NCBI GenBank assembly: GCA_001629395.1
Contig: LUSG01000048.1
Span: forward strand, 1 to 51,591
Origin: Gammaproteobacteria bacterium REDSEA-S15_B12
Lineage (GTDB): Bacteria > Pseudomonadota > Gammaproteobacteria > Arenicellales > UBA868
Direction of reading: 5' to 3'
Length of the DNA stretch: 51,591 bases
In this document: piece by piece, positions 21,305 through 30,741 of the stretch
Position numbering within the stretch: the stretch's first letter is position 1
How the letters are laid out: each line of letters opens with the position of its first letter
Made by a program: the position numbers and the translations under genes
Notes under the pieces: model-generated
What the model was told of the DNA's origin: nothing
Database searches by the model: none
The model's input: the letters and a program-made list of their open reading frames with translations, nothing else

Positions 21305-22873
21305 TTACTCGGGTCTTGCCAGTGGGGCCGAGTGCTCTTTGCCTTCGGTCTGCCGATGCATCACTAGGTTCAGCATTCGAAGGGTTGCGTTAATACCAGC
21401 AAAGACTTGATTGGCGTGTACCCCGCGCGTCTTAAAGCTGTCGTGACCGTCGTCCCAAGTGATAAAACACTCGGTCAGGGCGTTTGAACTGCCCCCCTTG
21501 GGTATACGGACTTCAAAATCTGCCAATTTCGGAGGGGAAAACCCGATAGGATCCAACACGCTTTTGATTGCGGTTGCAAACGCATCGAACCCACCATTGC
21601 CTGATCCGGACGCCTTGTGAATTTCATTGCCCACTCGAACCCGAATACTGGCCGTTGATTCGATTTCAAGTCCGCTGGTTATTGAACAATTCAATAACTC
21701 GATGTGCTGAAAATCCCTGCTTTCCAGAATATCGGCGATGATAAAAGGTAAATCCTCAGGGGTAATGGTCGCCTTGGTGTCTGCAATTTCGACAATTCTC
21801 TCCAGCACCTTCTGTTGATTTTCCGGGGAGAGCTCAAGGCCGAGGTCCTCCAGGTTCTTGAGTAAAGAAGCCCGGCCGCTCATCTTGCCAAGGGCGTAAC
21901 TGTGTTTTCGTCCGAATCGAGCGGGACTCAGCTCGGTTTGGTAGAGCCCACCCTTATTGTCGCCATCAGCGTGTATCCCGCTGGTTTGAGTAAACACATC
22001 GTTGCCCACCACGGGTGAATTCGCCGCCATCCGTTTTCCTGAAAAGTTCTCGACCATCTGACTGAGTGCATGGATCTTGGATTCGTCCAGCCGCAGGCTC
22101 ATCCCGAGTTTGTCCCGCAAGACCACCGCCACTTCTGCTAGCGAAACATTTCCGGCTCGCTCACCGAGGCAATTTACGGTCACGTGTATCGAGCGCGCAC
22201 CCGCCTGGACAGCCATCATCGCATTGGCGGTGGCCAGGCCATAATCGTTGTGGGGATGAAAATCGAATGCGAGTCCGGGATAGCGGCTACACATATCGCC
22301 GACGCTTTCGAATACTTCCTGGGGACTCATTACACCCAGTGTATCAGGCAGCATCACGTGCACTACCTCGGATTCTGCGAGTGCTTCGGTAATTCTGTAG
22401 ACATAATCACGGCTGTCCCGATACCCGTTTGACCAATCTTCCAGATAGACATTGACCAGAAGTTGCTGCGCCTTGGCATAATCGATTGTCCGATGGATAT
22501 CAGCGATGTGCTCATCAAGAGACTTCCTGAGCTGCTCCGTGCAATGTTTTTCGCTTCCCTTGGTAAGCAGGTTGAGCACACGACCGCCAGCGCCAACCAG
22601 CCAATCCACACTTCGCTGGTGATCTGTAAATCCAAGCACTTCAACCCGCTCGAGGCAGTCATTGTCAGCCGCCCATTCGTGAATCTGAGTCACCGCCTGT
22701 TTTTCGCCATGAGACACCCCTGCGGACGCGACCTCTATCCGATCGACCTTTAGGCTCTGTAGTAACCCTCGTGCGATACTGACCTTCTCTTCAGGAGAGA
22801 ACGACACCCCCTGTGTCTGCTCGCCATCGCGCAGGGTCGTATCCATCAGCAGGACCTGTCGGGGCTCAGTCAT
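21305..22873 (-). CDS. cimA: Citramalate synthase / 2-isopropylmalate synthase family (CimA-like, with LeuA-dimer C-terminal domain)
   Basis: 522 aa. 'DTTLRDGEQTQGVSFS', 'FHPHNDYGLATANAMMAV'. The length and C-terminal regulatory domain are as in the CimA/short LeuA clade. The symbol is tentative. Confidence 0.75.
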   Translation of the reverse strand: MTEPRQVLLMDTTLRDGEQTQGVSFSPEEKVSIARGLLQSLKVDRIEVASAGVSHGEKQAVTQIHEWAADNDCLERVEVLGFTDHQRSVDWLVGAGGRVLNLLTKGSEKHCTEQLRKSLDEHIADIHRTIDYAKAQQLLVNVYLEDWSNGYRDSRDYVYRITEALAESEVVHVMLPDTLGVMSPQEVFESVGDMCSRYPGLAFDFHPHNDYGLATANAMMAVQAGARSIHVTVNCLGERAGNVSLAEVAVVLRDKLGMSLRLDESKIHALSQMVENFSGKRMAANSPVVGNDVFTQTSGIHADGDNKGGLYQTELSPARFGRKHSYALGKMSGRASLLKNLEDLGLELSPENQQKVLERIVEIADTKATITPEDLPFIIADILESRDFQHIELLNCSITSGLEIESTASIRVRVGNEIHKASGSGNGGFDAFATAIKSVLDPIGFSPPKLADFEVRIPKGGSSNALTECFITWDDGHDSFKTRGVHANQVFAGINATLRMLNLVMHRQTEGKEHSAPLARPE

Positions 22874-23178
22874 ATCAACGCTTCACAATCCGGCAAAAGG
22901 GCGCATATTCTACACAGACTGTGGGTGTTTCATGAGCACAAATGCATCTATAGTTGATATATCGCCAATTACACGCGAAAGCACGACGAAAAAGTTGTGT
23001 CTATTGAACAAAAATCGAGCCAGAATTTTTGCCCCATAGATTGACCCTGCTTAAGATAGGGTTCTTTGTGGGACTGCTTCTCCGAACTTTACGGATAGGC
23101 AAATACACTCGCCGTCGGGTGAAACCTCATGCGGGAGTGGATGGTCGCTACATATAAGTTACATCGGATCCGCACACT

Positions 23179-26100
23179 ATGCATTTTGATTATCGCCTCT
23201 GGGGCTTTACCCGCGGGGTCAGAGGCCGGATTTTTTTTGCGGTACTGATAGGCGTCCTGGCCACTACCCTAGGTGTGGCACGCCTTGCGCTCCTCGGTTG
23301 GCTTATCGGCTTGGTTTTCGAAGGCCATAGCGTCACCACCCTAGTCTTCCCTTTGTTGGTGACCGCTTGTGTCATGATCCTAAGGGGAATCTTCGAACAC
23401 TGGCGTACTCTGGTCGCACATAAGACAGCATCAATCGTTCAGAAAATGCTGCGTCGCCGACTGTATGACCAGATCGTCACGCTGGGACCAGGGTATGCGG
23501 GAAGACAGCGGTCTGGTGAGCTCGTCCTGTCACTGGTCGACGGGGTGGAGCAGCTGGAAACCTATTTCGGGCAGTATCTGCCTCAGCTACTGGTCTCTGG
23601 GATCACCCCGGTGCTGATCTTTGCCTTTGTCGCCTTCCTTGACTTGCCGGTAGCGCTGACACTGTTAATCGCTGCAGTGATAGCACTGGCCGCACCGGCA
23701 CTGTGGCATCAGTTTGACACCAAGAAATCCCAGGAACGCCAGGATGCTTATGCTGTTTTTGCATCGGAATTTCTGGATGCCGTACAGGGACTGGCTACTC
23801 TCAAGGCCTTTGGGCAGAGCCGCCCGCGGGCCGACCTGCTGGCTGACAAAGCACGGGATGTTTTTCGAACCACCATGTGGGTGTTAGCTACTAATTCGCT
23901 GGCCCGTGGCATCACTGATACCGCGATCGCGGTAGGTGCCGCGGTCGCGCTGGGTCTGGGCGCTCACCGGGTAGCGTCGGAACAGATGGAACTCACTGCA
24001 CTGCTGATTATTCTGATGATGGGCGTTGAAATCTTTCGGCCGATGCGCGACCTGCGTACGGTACTTCACCAGGGCATGGTCGGTCTTTCGGCCGCACAGG
24101 GTATTTATCGGATTCTGGATACACATCCGCCCATCGTTGAAAAAAGTGACGCTATCGAACCTGTCGATCCCCAACCCACGATATCTTTCGAATCGGTGCG
24201 CTTCAGCTATCCCGAACAGCAACACTGTGTTCACGATCAACTCGACCTTTCAATAGTTCCCGGTGAGCGCGTCGGTGTCGTCGGCGCCAGTGGATGTGGC
24301 AAATCGACAATCGTCCGACTGCTGCTGCGTTTTTATGATCCAGACCAGGGAACCGTCAAGCTCGGTGGGCACGATATAAAAGATCTTTCACTCGCTGCGC
24401 TCAGGCAACAAATATCAGTGGTAAATCAGGACACTTTTCTGTTTCATGGCAGCATCGGTGAGAACATCCGGCTAGGCAGACCCGACGCAACCGATGCAGA
24501 GGTCACCAACGCCGCAAAAAGCGCGAACATCCATGAGTTCGTATCAGGCCTACCGCAGGCATATGACAGCCTGATTGGAGAAAAGGGCATCAAACTCTCG
24601 GGCGGCCAGCGACAGCGGGTGGCGATTGCACGGGCGCTGCTACGAGACTCACCGATTTTGATTCTTGACGAAGCGCTGTCTGCAGTCGATGCCGAAAATG
24701 AGGCTTTCATCCAACAGGCCTTGGACAGATTGATGGAGGGCCGCACCACGCTTGTCCTGGCCCACCGACTTTCCAGCATCATCAACTGCGACCGAATCCT
24801 CGTCCTGGACCAGGGCAGGGTCGCTGAATCCGGCAACCACAATCAATTGATGGCGAGCAATGGCATCTACTCCGAGCTCATGTCTGAACAGGCAGGTGAA
24901 GCAGATCGGGAACAAACTGAAGAAAAGGCATCGTCAGAAATCGCAGCATCATCATTGCCGCCGCAGGATGTGGCAGAAGACATAAACAGTGTACCGACTG
25001 AGGGAATAATCAAAGCTGAAGGACTCAACTGGCGACAGGTGGTCAATATCCTTATGGGGCATATCATGCCCTGGAAAGGCCGACTGACTTTAACCTTTAT
25101 CTTTGGTGTTCTGCGTGTGGTTACGTTCATCGGCGTCGGCGCACTGAGTGCACTGATCGTCCTGGCGCTCAAGAACCACGCGCCTTACACCCATTACCTG
25201 ATCGGTCTCGCTATTGTTGCACCACTGTCAGGTATCCTGCACTGGCTCGAATCGTGGATAGCACACGATATGGCTTTTAGGTTATTGGCAGAAATGCGTA
25301 TCAGCGTATTTCGCAAACTGGACCAGCTTGCCCCGGCTTACCTGGTACGACGGCGAACAGGTGACCTGATGGGTATCGCGACACAGGATGTCGAGTTGGT
25401 CGAGTATTTTTTTGCGCACACAGTCGCGCCTGCCTTCGTCGCGGTTCTCGGGCCCGTCGTGGTTGTGTTTATCCTGGCAACAGCCAACGGGTGGATGGCG
25501 GCCGCTCTGGTTCCATTTTTACTTGCCGTCGGCCTGAGTCCGTTTCTGATGCGCAGCAGTGTAGATCGTTTGGGCTCTCGCTCACGCGAAGCGGCGGGTG
25601 AGTTGGCCGCACATGCGATCGACAGCGTGCAGGGGCTGGGTGAAATCGTCTCTTACCAGCAAGAAGATAGTCGCGGGAATCAGTTTGATGGGCTCGGCGA
25701 ACGTCATATTTCTCTTCGCCTGCCGTTTTTCGGTCAGCTGACCCTGCAGCACACTCTACTTGAGATATTTACTGGGTTGGGGGGCCTAGCTGTTGTGACG
25801 ACAGGCGCATTTCTGGCTGGCACTCAAGCCATCGATTCGGGTGTTCTACCATTACTTACGATTCTTGCGATGGCTGCGTTTCTACCGGTCTCCGAAATTG
25901 CGCAGGTAGGCCGACAACTCGCCGACACACTGGGCGCCACGCGTCGTGTTTATGCGCTCGAAAACGAACCGGTACCGGTAATAGACGGTCGGGGTGCTCC
26001 GGAATCTGAGAATTCTGCGGCGATCACACTGTCTTCAGCCTGCTTCAGTTACCCCGGCCGACCACGGCAAGTTCTTGCTGACGTGGGGTTCACGATCCCG

Positions 26101-26772
26101 GCCGGTAAAACAGTCGCCCTGGTCGGGCCATCAGGTGCCGGCAAGACGACCTTGGCACAACTGTTGATGCGGTTTTGGGATCCTACCCAGGGCATCATTA
26201 CGCTTGGCGGCACTGATCTACGGGATTACCACCTAGATGATCTGCGCGCCCGAATCGCTCTGGTTGCCCAGGACACTTACCTGTTCAACAACTCGCTCAG
26301 AGAAAATATTCTCATCGCGAAGCCCGATGCCAGTGAAACAGAACTGGCACAGGCGGTCGAGCTGGCGGCACTGTCAGACCTGGTGAAGTCACTTCCGCAG
26401 GGACTGAATACTCCAGTAGGAGAAAGAGGCACCAGTCTGTCCGGCGGACAACGACAACGGGTTGCTATCGCCCGTGCGTTTCTAAAGGATGCGCCGGTAC
26501 TGATCCTTGATGAGGCAACGTCACACCTAGATGCCATCAGCGAGCAGGGCGTACGCAAGGCGCTGGATCAGTTAAAAGCCGACAGAACCACCATCATTAT
26601 TGCCCACCGTCTTTCGACCATACGGGATGCGGACATGATCGTTGTTCTTCAAGACGGCCAAGTTGTTGAAACCGGAACACACACGGACTTGCTGAATAAC
26701 CAACACCTTTACGCCCGACTGGTTTCTCACCAACTGGGCGGGGCGCGTGCAACGCAGGCTCTGTCAACCTAA
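23179..26772 (+). CDS. Fused ABC exporter (TMD-NBD-TMD-NBD), CydD-CydC-like thiol/cysteine-glutathione exporter
   Basis: 1197 aa. Two Walker A motifs ('GASGCGKST', 'GPSGAGKTT'), two signatures ('LSGGQRQRVAIARA' x2) and two Walker B motifs ('ILILDEA', 'VLILDEA'). An acidic/Ser-rich linker sits at about aa 570-610. Confidence 0.8.
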   Translation: MHFDYRLWGFTRGVRGRIFFAVLIGVLATTLGVARLALLGWLIGLVFEGHSVTTLVFPLLVTACVMILRGIFEHWRTLVAHKTASIVQKMLRRRLYDQIVTLGPGYAGRQRSGELVLSLVDGVEQLETYFGQYLPQLLVSGITPVLIFAFVAFLDLPVALTLLIAAVIALAAPALWHQFDTKKSQERQDAYAVFASEFLDAVQGLATLKAFGQSRPRADLLADKARDVFRTTMWVLATNSLARGITDTAIAVGAAVALGLGAHRVASEQMELTALLIILMMGVEIFRPMRDLRTVLHQGMVGLSAAQGIYRILDTHPPIVEKSDAIEPVDPQPTISFESVRFSYPEQQHCVHDQLDLSIVPGERVGVVGASGCGKSTIVRLLLRFYDPDQGTVKLGGHDIKDLSLAALRQQISVVNQDTFLFHGSIGENIRLGRPDATDAEVTNAAKSANIHEFVSGLPQAYDSLIGEKGIKLSGGQRQRVAIARALLRDSPILILDEALSAVDAENEAFIQQALDRLMEGRTTLVLAHRLSSIINCDRILVLDQGRVAESGNHNQLMASNGIYSELMSEQAGEADREQTEEKASSEIAASSLPPQDVAEDINSVPTEGIIKAEGLNWRQVVNILMGHIMPWKGRLTLTFIFGVLRVVTFIGVGALSALIVLALKNHAPYTHYLIGLAIVAPLSGILHWLESWIAHDMAFRLLAEMRISVFRKLDQLAPAYLVRRRTGDLMGIATQDVELVEYFFAHTVAPAFVAVLGPVVVVFILATANGWMAAALVPFLLAVGLSPFLMRSSVDRLGSRSREAAGELAAHAIDSVQGLGEIVSYQQEDSRGNQFDGLGERHISLRLPFFGQLTLQHTLLEIFTGLGGLAVVTTGAFLAGTQAIDSGVLPLLTILAMAAFLPVSEIAQVGRQLADTLGATRRVYALENEPVPVIDGRGAPESENSAAITLSSACFSYPGRPRQVLADVGFTIPAGKTVALVGPSGAGKTTLAQLLMRFWDPTQGIITLGGTDLRDYHLDDLRARIALVAQDTYLFNNSLRENILIAKPDASETELAQAVELAALSDLVKSLPQGLNTPVGERGTSLSGGQRQRVAIARAFLKDAPVLILDEATSHLDAISEQGVRKALDQLKADRTTIIIAHRLSTIRDADMIVVLQDGQVVETGTHTDLLNNQHLYARLVSHQLGGARATQALST

Positions 26773-26893
26773 CATTAGTATTGAATTGGCCTGACAAGGT
26801 CGACCACAGCGCATCAAGTTCAGCTGCTGTCACACCCACGGGGCGTATCCATGAGTTACATCATCACCAATTACAAGCAGTTCGGTAATTACC

Positions 26894-28642
26894 TTGGTTG
26901 CTGATACGCTACCACGCCGGCTTGCAGCTATCCTCTATCTGGACGTAGTCGAGTTCAGTCGTTTGACACATGACAACGAAGACGCCACCTATCGGACATT
27001 GCAAAACTATCTTCGTGATATAGATGCTGTGATTGAAAACCGTGGTGGGCGAACTGTGGATAGATCTGGCGACAATCTGCTGGCGGTATTTCCAGTTGCC
27101 GCCAATTCGGTCATGGCCGCTGTCAACATCCAGGAACGACTGACTGCAAGAAATGCGGCTCTGCCGGCTGACCGCCAGATTCACGCTCGTATCGGCATTA
27201 ACCTGGGCGACATCATTGATGATGGCCAGAGAGTCTTTGGCGATGGCATCAATGTTGCGGCCCGCTTGCAGGAAATCGCACCGCCGGGTGGCATCTGTGT
27301 TTCCGACTCTGCTCGCGTTGTGATTGGAAATGCGCTGTCTGTCAGTTTCCGGGCCGTCGGTGAACAGCAATTACGCAATATCGCCTCAAAAATCAGTGCC
27401 CACCTGGTCATCATAGATAGTGACCAACCCAGAACATCGACACACGAACCTGATGACCCTCGGCTCTCGATCGCTGTATTACCTTTTACCAGCCAAACAG
27501 GAAATACGGACCTGGCTGGTCTGGGTTTAGGGCTTACCGTTGATCTTATTAGCGCGTTGTCGCGGTTTCGACAGCTTTTTGTAATTGCCCAACATACCTC
27601 ACTGGCCCAGAAGCGGGACAGCGCAGGCACAATCGCACTCGGCCATCAGTTGGGCACCCGTTACCTCGTTGATGGAAGTATCCGTGCCGCTGGGAAGGGA
27701 TTTCGGGTAGCCGTTCAGCTGATCGATACAGTGTCCGGTGGCTACCTGTGGTCGGAGAGTTATGACGGAGGCAACCAAGAACTACTGTCCATCCAGGATG
27801 AAATAACCCAACGAGTAGCATCGACTCTGGTCAGCAATCTCGAATACAGCGCTGTCCGTAGGACTGATTTCAGACATACTGATGCTGACTACACTGACGT
27901 GATACGCGCCCGACAACTGGTTTACCGGATGCAAGAGCCACGGGACACTCAAATGGCCCGCACTCTGTTCCACAAAGTCATCGGAATCGACCCGCAGTTC
28001 GCGCCGGCACTGTCCGGCCTGGCACTCACTCATCTGACCGACCTGCTGATGTCATGGTCTCCCGAACCCGACACTTGTGTACCCAGAGCTACACAGTATG
28101 CCCAACGGTCACTTGAGCTCGATTACACGGACAGTCTAGCTCACGCCGTGTACGGAATTACCGGATTATGGCGAGGGCAGCACATCGAAGCAGTGTCCCA
28201 CCTGGAACAGGCTCTGGCGCTGAATCCAAACCACGCAGATGCGTTCGCGGGTATGGGACTGGCCTTGATATTCACCGGTGACCCAGTCGCCAGCATTCGA
28301 CAGATCGGTCTTGCATTCGAGCGCAATCCATTTCCACCATCGTGGTACCGCTGGGCGCTTGCCATCGCACAGTACAACAGTGCGCGCTATCACGAAGCAG
28401 TTCAAACCCTGCAGGCAATCCCGGTTTTAAACAGATTCCACCGGCGGGGGCTGTCTGCCAGTTACGCTCGACTCGGCGACTTAGACAGTGCACGGACACA
28501 GCGTGAAATTGTGATGGCTGAAACTCCGGGATACACAGCAGCGGATAGCCGTCTGCATCAACCGTACGAAAATCCCGCGCACATACAACCTTTCATCGAT
28601 GGCCTAGTGCTCGCTGGATTTCCAGCCGGCGACCCCAGTTGA
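26894..28642 (+). CDS. Class III adenylate/guanylate cyclase domain protein with central TolB-N-like region and C-terminal TPR repeats
   Basis: 582 aa with a TTG start. Cyclase homology domain motifs 'ILYLDVVEFSRL', 'GDNLLAVF', 'RIGINLGDII', 'FGDGINVAARL'. Then 'LSIAVLPFTSQTG...YLVDGSIR..G..FRVAVQLID' followed by TPR-like repeats. Confidence 0.75.
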   Translation: MVADTLPRRLAAILYLDVVEFSRLTHDNEDATYRTLQNYLRDIDAVIENRGGRTVDRSGDNLLAVFPVAANSVMAAVNIQERLTARNAALPADRQIHARIGINLGDIIDDGQRVFGDGINVAARLQEIAPPGGICVSDSARVVIGNALSVSFRAVGEQQLRNIASKISAHLVIIDSDQPRTSTHEPDDPRLSIAVLPFTSQTGNTDLAGLGLGLTVDLISALSRFRQLFVIAQHTSLAQKRDSAGTIALGHQLGTRYLVDGSIRAAGKGFRVAVQLIDTVSGGYLWSESYDGGNQELLSIQDEITQRVASTLVSNLEYSAVRRTDFRHTDADYTDVIRARQLVYRMQEPRDTQMARTLFHKVIGIDPQFAPALSGLALTHLTDLLMSWSPEPDTCVPRATQYAQRSLELDYTDSLAHAVYGITGLWRGQHIEAVSHLEQALALNPNHADAFAGMGLALIFTGDPVASIRQIGLAFERNPFPPSWYRWALAIAQYNSARYHEAVQTLQAIPVLNRFHRRGLSASYARLGDLDSARTQREIVMAETPGYTAADSRLHQPYENPAHIQPFIDGLVLAGFPAGDPS

Positions 28643-28669
28643 ATGATTGTTTTGAGAAGCGCCGCGCAG

Positions 28670-29701
28670 TCAAGCCATCAAGGCATCGACCCATCGGTCG
28701 CACCCCTGGCGGACCGGATCAAGGACCAGACGTCCTGTAGCATCGGCAGTTTCCGATACAGCGCGTTGCGCCTGATCATCATTTAAGTGTGCCGTGTTCA
28801 AAGCAATGCCGACGGTCACCGGCCGGGGGTAAATACCACAGGCTGAAGCCACATCTTCGTAGAGCGCGATAACTTCATTTAACGGTGGCACCTTGACGGT
28901 AATACCGACCGTATCGAGTTCAGTCATGCCAGCACGATGACACAGTATCAGATGGGTTGGACAGGCGCCGCGCAGCAGTGGCAGTGTGGAGGTACTGCCG
29001 GGATGAAGCAAAGAGCCTTGACCTTCAACGATCGCAAGCGCCGCGTCGGCGGCATCCAGAACCATCTTTTCCACCGCACCGCCTGCATAATCTACGCGTA
29101 TAGCATCAAGGGGTATACCTCTACCGCTGATTGCGATGCCGATCTGACCAGTCGCCAGAAACTCAGCCTGTATGCCCTGCGCTCGGGCGGACTTCCAGAT
29201 TTCTAGCCCGGCCGTCATTTTGCCCACCGCCATATCGCTGCCCACCAGCAGCAAACGACGGTTCGTCAATTCCGAGGCCCGGGCCCAGGCGATACCCAGA
29301 CCTTGGGGCTCCTTACGAATATCCCAGATCCACTGTCCTGCCCTCAGGTTGGCATACCGGTCTGAGATACGCTCATGCAGTCCATTGACCACACACATGC
29401 CAGCAGCCAGCGCCTGTTCGACTTCCGCGACCATCGACTCTGGCAGGCGGCCACCTGAGGGCGCCATGCCAAGTACCAGGACCTCGCCGCCATAACCCAG
29501 CGCCTGCTCAACGTTTGAGACCACCGGCACATCGGGACCGAATTCAAACAGATCACGAGTTGTTTTACCGCCCTGGTTAAAGTCGATGACACAGGCTATC
29601 GGATTCTCGGAATAACGCAGAATACCGTGACCCATTTTTCCATTCAGCTTGTCAATCTGCTCATAGAAATGAATAACCAGTTTTTGTTCTTTTCTCAGCA
29701 T
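28670..29701 (-). CDS. DUF1611-family protein (DgcN-like putative D-glutamate N-acetyltransferase)
   Basis: 343 aa. Family assignment is from overall pattern recognition and from the conserved pairing with, and 7-nt overlap of, an enolase-superfamily epimerase gene. The functional name is by analogy only. Confidence 0.6.
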   Translation of the reverse strand: MLRKEQKLVIHFYEQIDKLNGKMGHGILRYSENPIACVIDFNQGGKTTRDLFEFGPDVPVVSNVEQALGYGGEVLVLGMAPSGGRLPESMVAEVEQALAAGMCVVNGLHERISDRYANLRAGQWIWDIRKEPQGLGIAWARASELTNRRLLLVGSDMAVGKMTAGLEIWKSARAQGIQAEFLATGQIGIAISGRGIPLDAIRVDYAGGAVEKMVLDAADAALAIVEGQGSLLHPGSTSTLPLLRGACPTHLILCHRAGMTELDTVGITVKVPPLNEVIALYEDVASACGIYPRPVTVGIALNTAHLNDDQAQRAVSETADATGRLVLDPVRQGCDRWVDALMA

Positions 29702-30741
29702 GTCAGCGCAACTCCATGGCCATGTGCAGCTTCAGATACAGTGACCACACCGGATTCCATGCTCAACCCAGCAGCAGGGTCAGGAAGGAGATTGAGATGA
29801 GAATCCAGATCGATGTGGTCGAACAGTGCCGCCATCGAAGCACCCGCGGCGATCGCGACGGATGATTCACCCATACAGCCGATCATGGTGCCCAGACCAC
29901 TGGCCCGGGCAGCAGCAACAATCCGCAGTGCTTCGGTAATTCCACCGCATTTCATCAGTTTCAGATTGACCCCATCCACACAGTTCGCCAGACGGGAAAC
30001 ATCCGTCGCATAGCGGCAAGACTCATCCACAAAAATGGGCAATGCGCGACCAGAATACAGCTGGGGCAGTTGATCGTCAGCATCAGAATGCAGTGGTTGT
30101 TCGACGTAATCACACCCACGCTCCTTCAGCCATCTCATCATGGCGCTTGCACCGGCTAGGTCCCAGCCCCCATTGGCATCCACCCGAACAACCACATCAC
30201 GGTTACGGGCAGCTTCGACGACCGCGGCGTACATAGACTGATCGGCGTCCAGGCCTTCAGGACTTCCCAGCTTGACCTTGAGATAACAGGCGCCGGTTCG
30301 GTCCAGAATCTCAGGAACCCGCTCGCGTACCACCTCAGGAGGCAAGATCCCCACTGTTACCGATGTCGGCACCGAACGTCGGGGAAGACCCAGCAGCCGA
30401 TAAAGCGGCAGCTGGGCGCGTTTTGCAAGTAGGTCCCATAATGCAATGTCGACCGCTGCCCAGGCACAGGAGGTAACCTCTGCACTGCGCGCGAGTTGCC
30501 ATCCTTCATGGGGATTATCCAGCGCCTCGGGATAGTCTTCGAGGAAAGATGTCAGTTCTGTCTGGAACGACTCGGCCGTGTCCGTGCCGATCAGGCTACC
30601 AGGAGCGGCTTCACCCAGGCCTTCCAGGTTGCCGGATCGGACAGAAACAAACAGATTGACAGATCCTGAGAATTCACCTCGGCTGATCCGCAGCGGATAA
30701 CGCTTATTGAGTGCAACACTGCGAAAAGAAACATCCATCAC
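29695..30741 (-). CDS. Enolase-superfamily dipeptide epimerase / N-acyl amino acid racemase (DgcA-like)
   Basis: 348 aa. Catalytic and metal motifs are in the canonical order: 'YLKVKLG', 'VRVDANGGWD', 'YVEQPL', 'IFVDESC', 'VNLKLMKCGG'. Confidence 0.8.
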   Translation of the reverse strand: MMDVSFRSVALNKRYPLRISRGEFSGSVNLFVSVRSGNLEGLGEAAPGSLIGTDTAESFQTELTSFLEDYPEALDNPHEGWQLARSAEVTSCAWAAVDIALWDLLAKRAQLPLYRLLGLPRRSVPTSVTVGILPPEVVRERVPEILDRTGACYLKVKLGSPEGLDADQSMYAAVVEAARNRDVVVRVDANGGWDLAGASAMMRWLKERGCDYVEQPLHSDADDQLPQLYSGRALPIFVDESCRYATDVSRLANCVDGVNLKLMKCGGITEALRIVAAARASGLGTMIGCMGESSVAIAAGASMAALFDHIDLDSHLNLLPDPAAGLSMESGVVTVSEAAHGHGVALTC

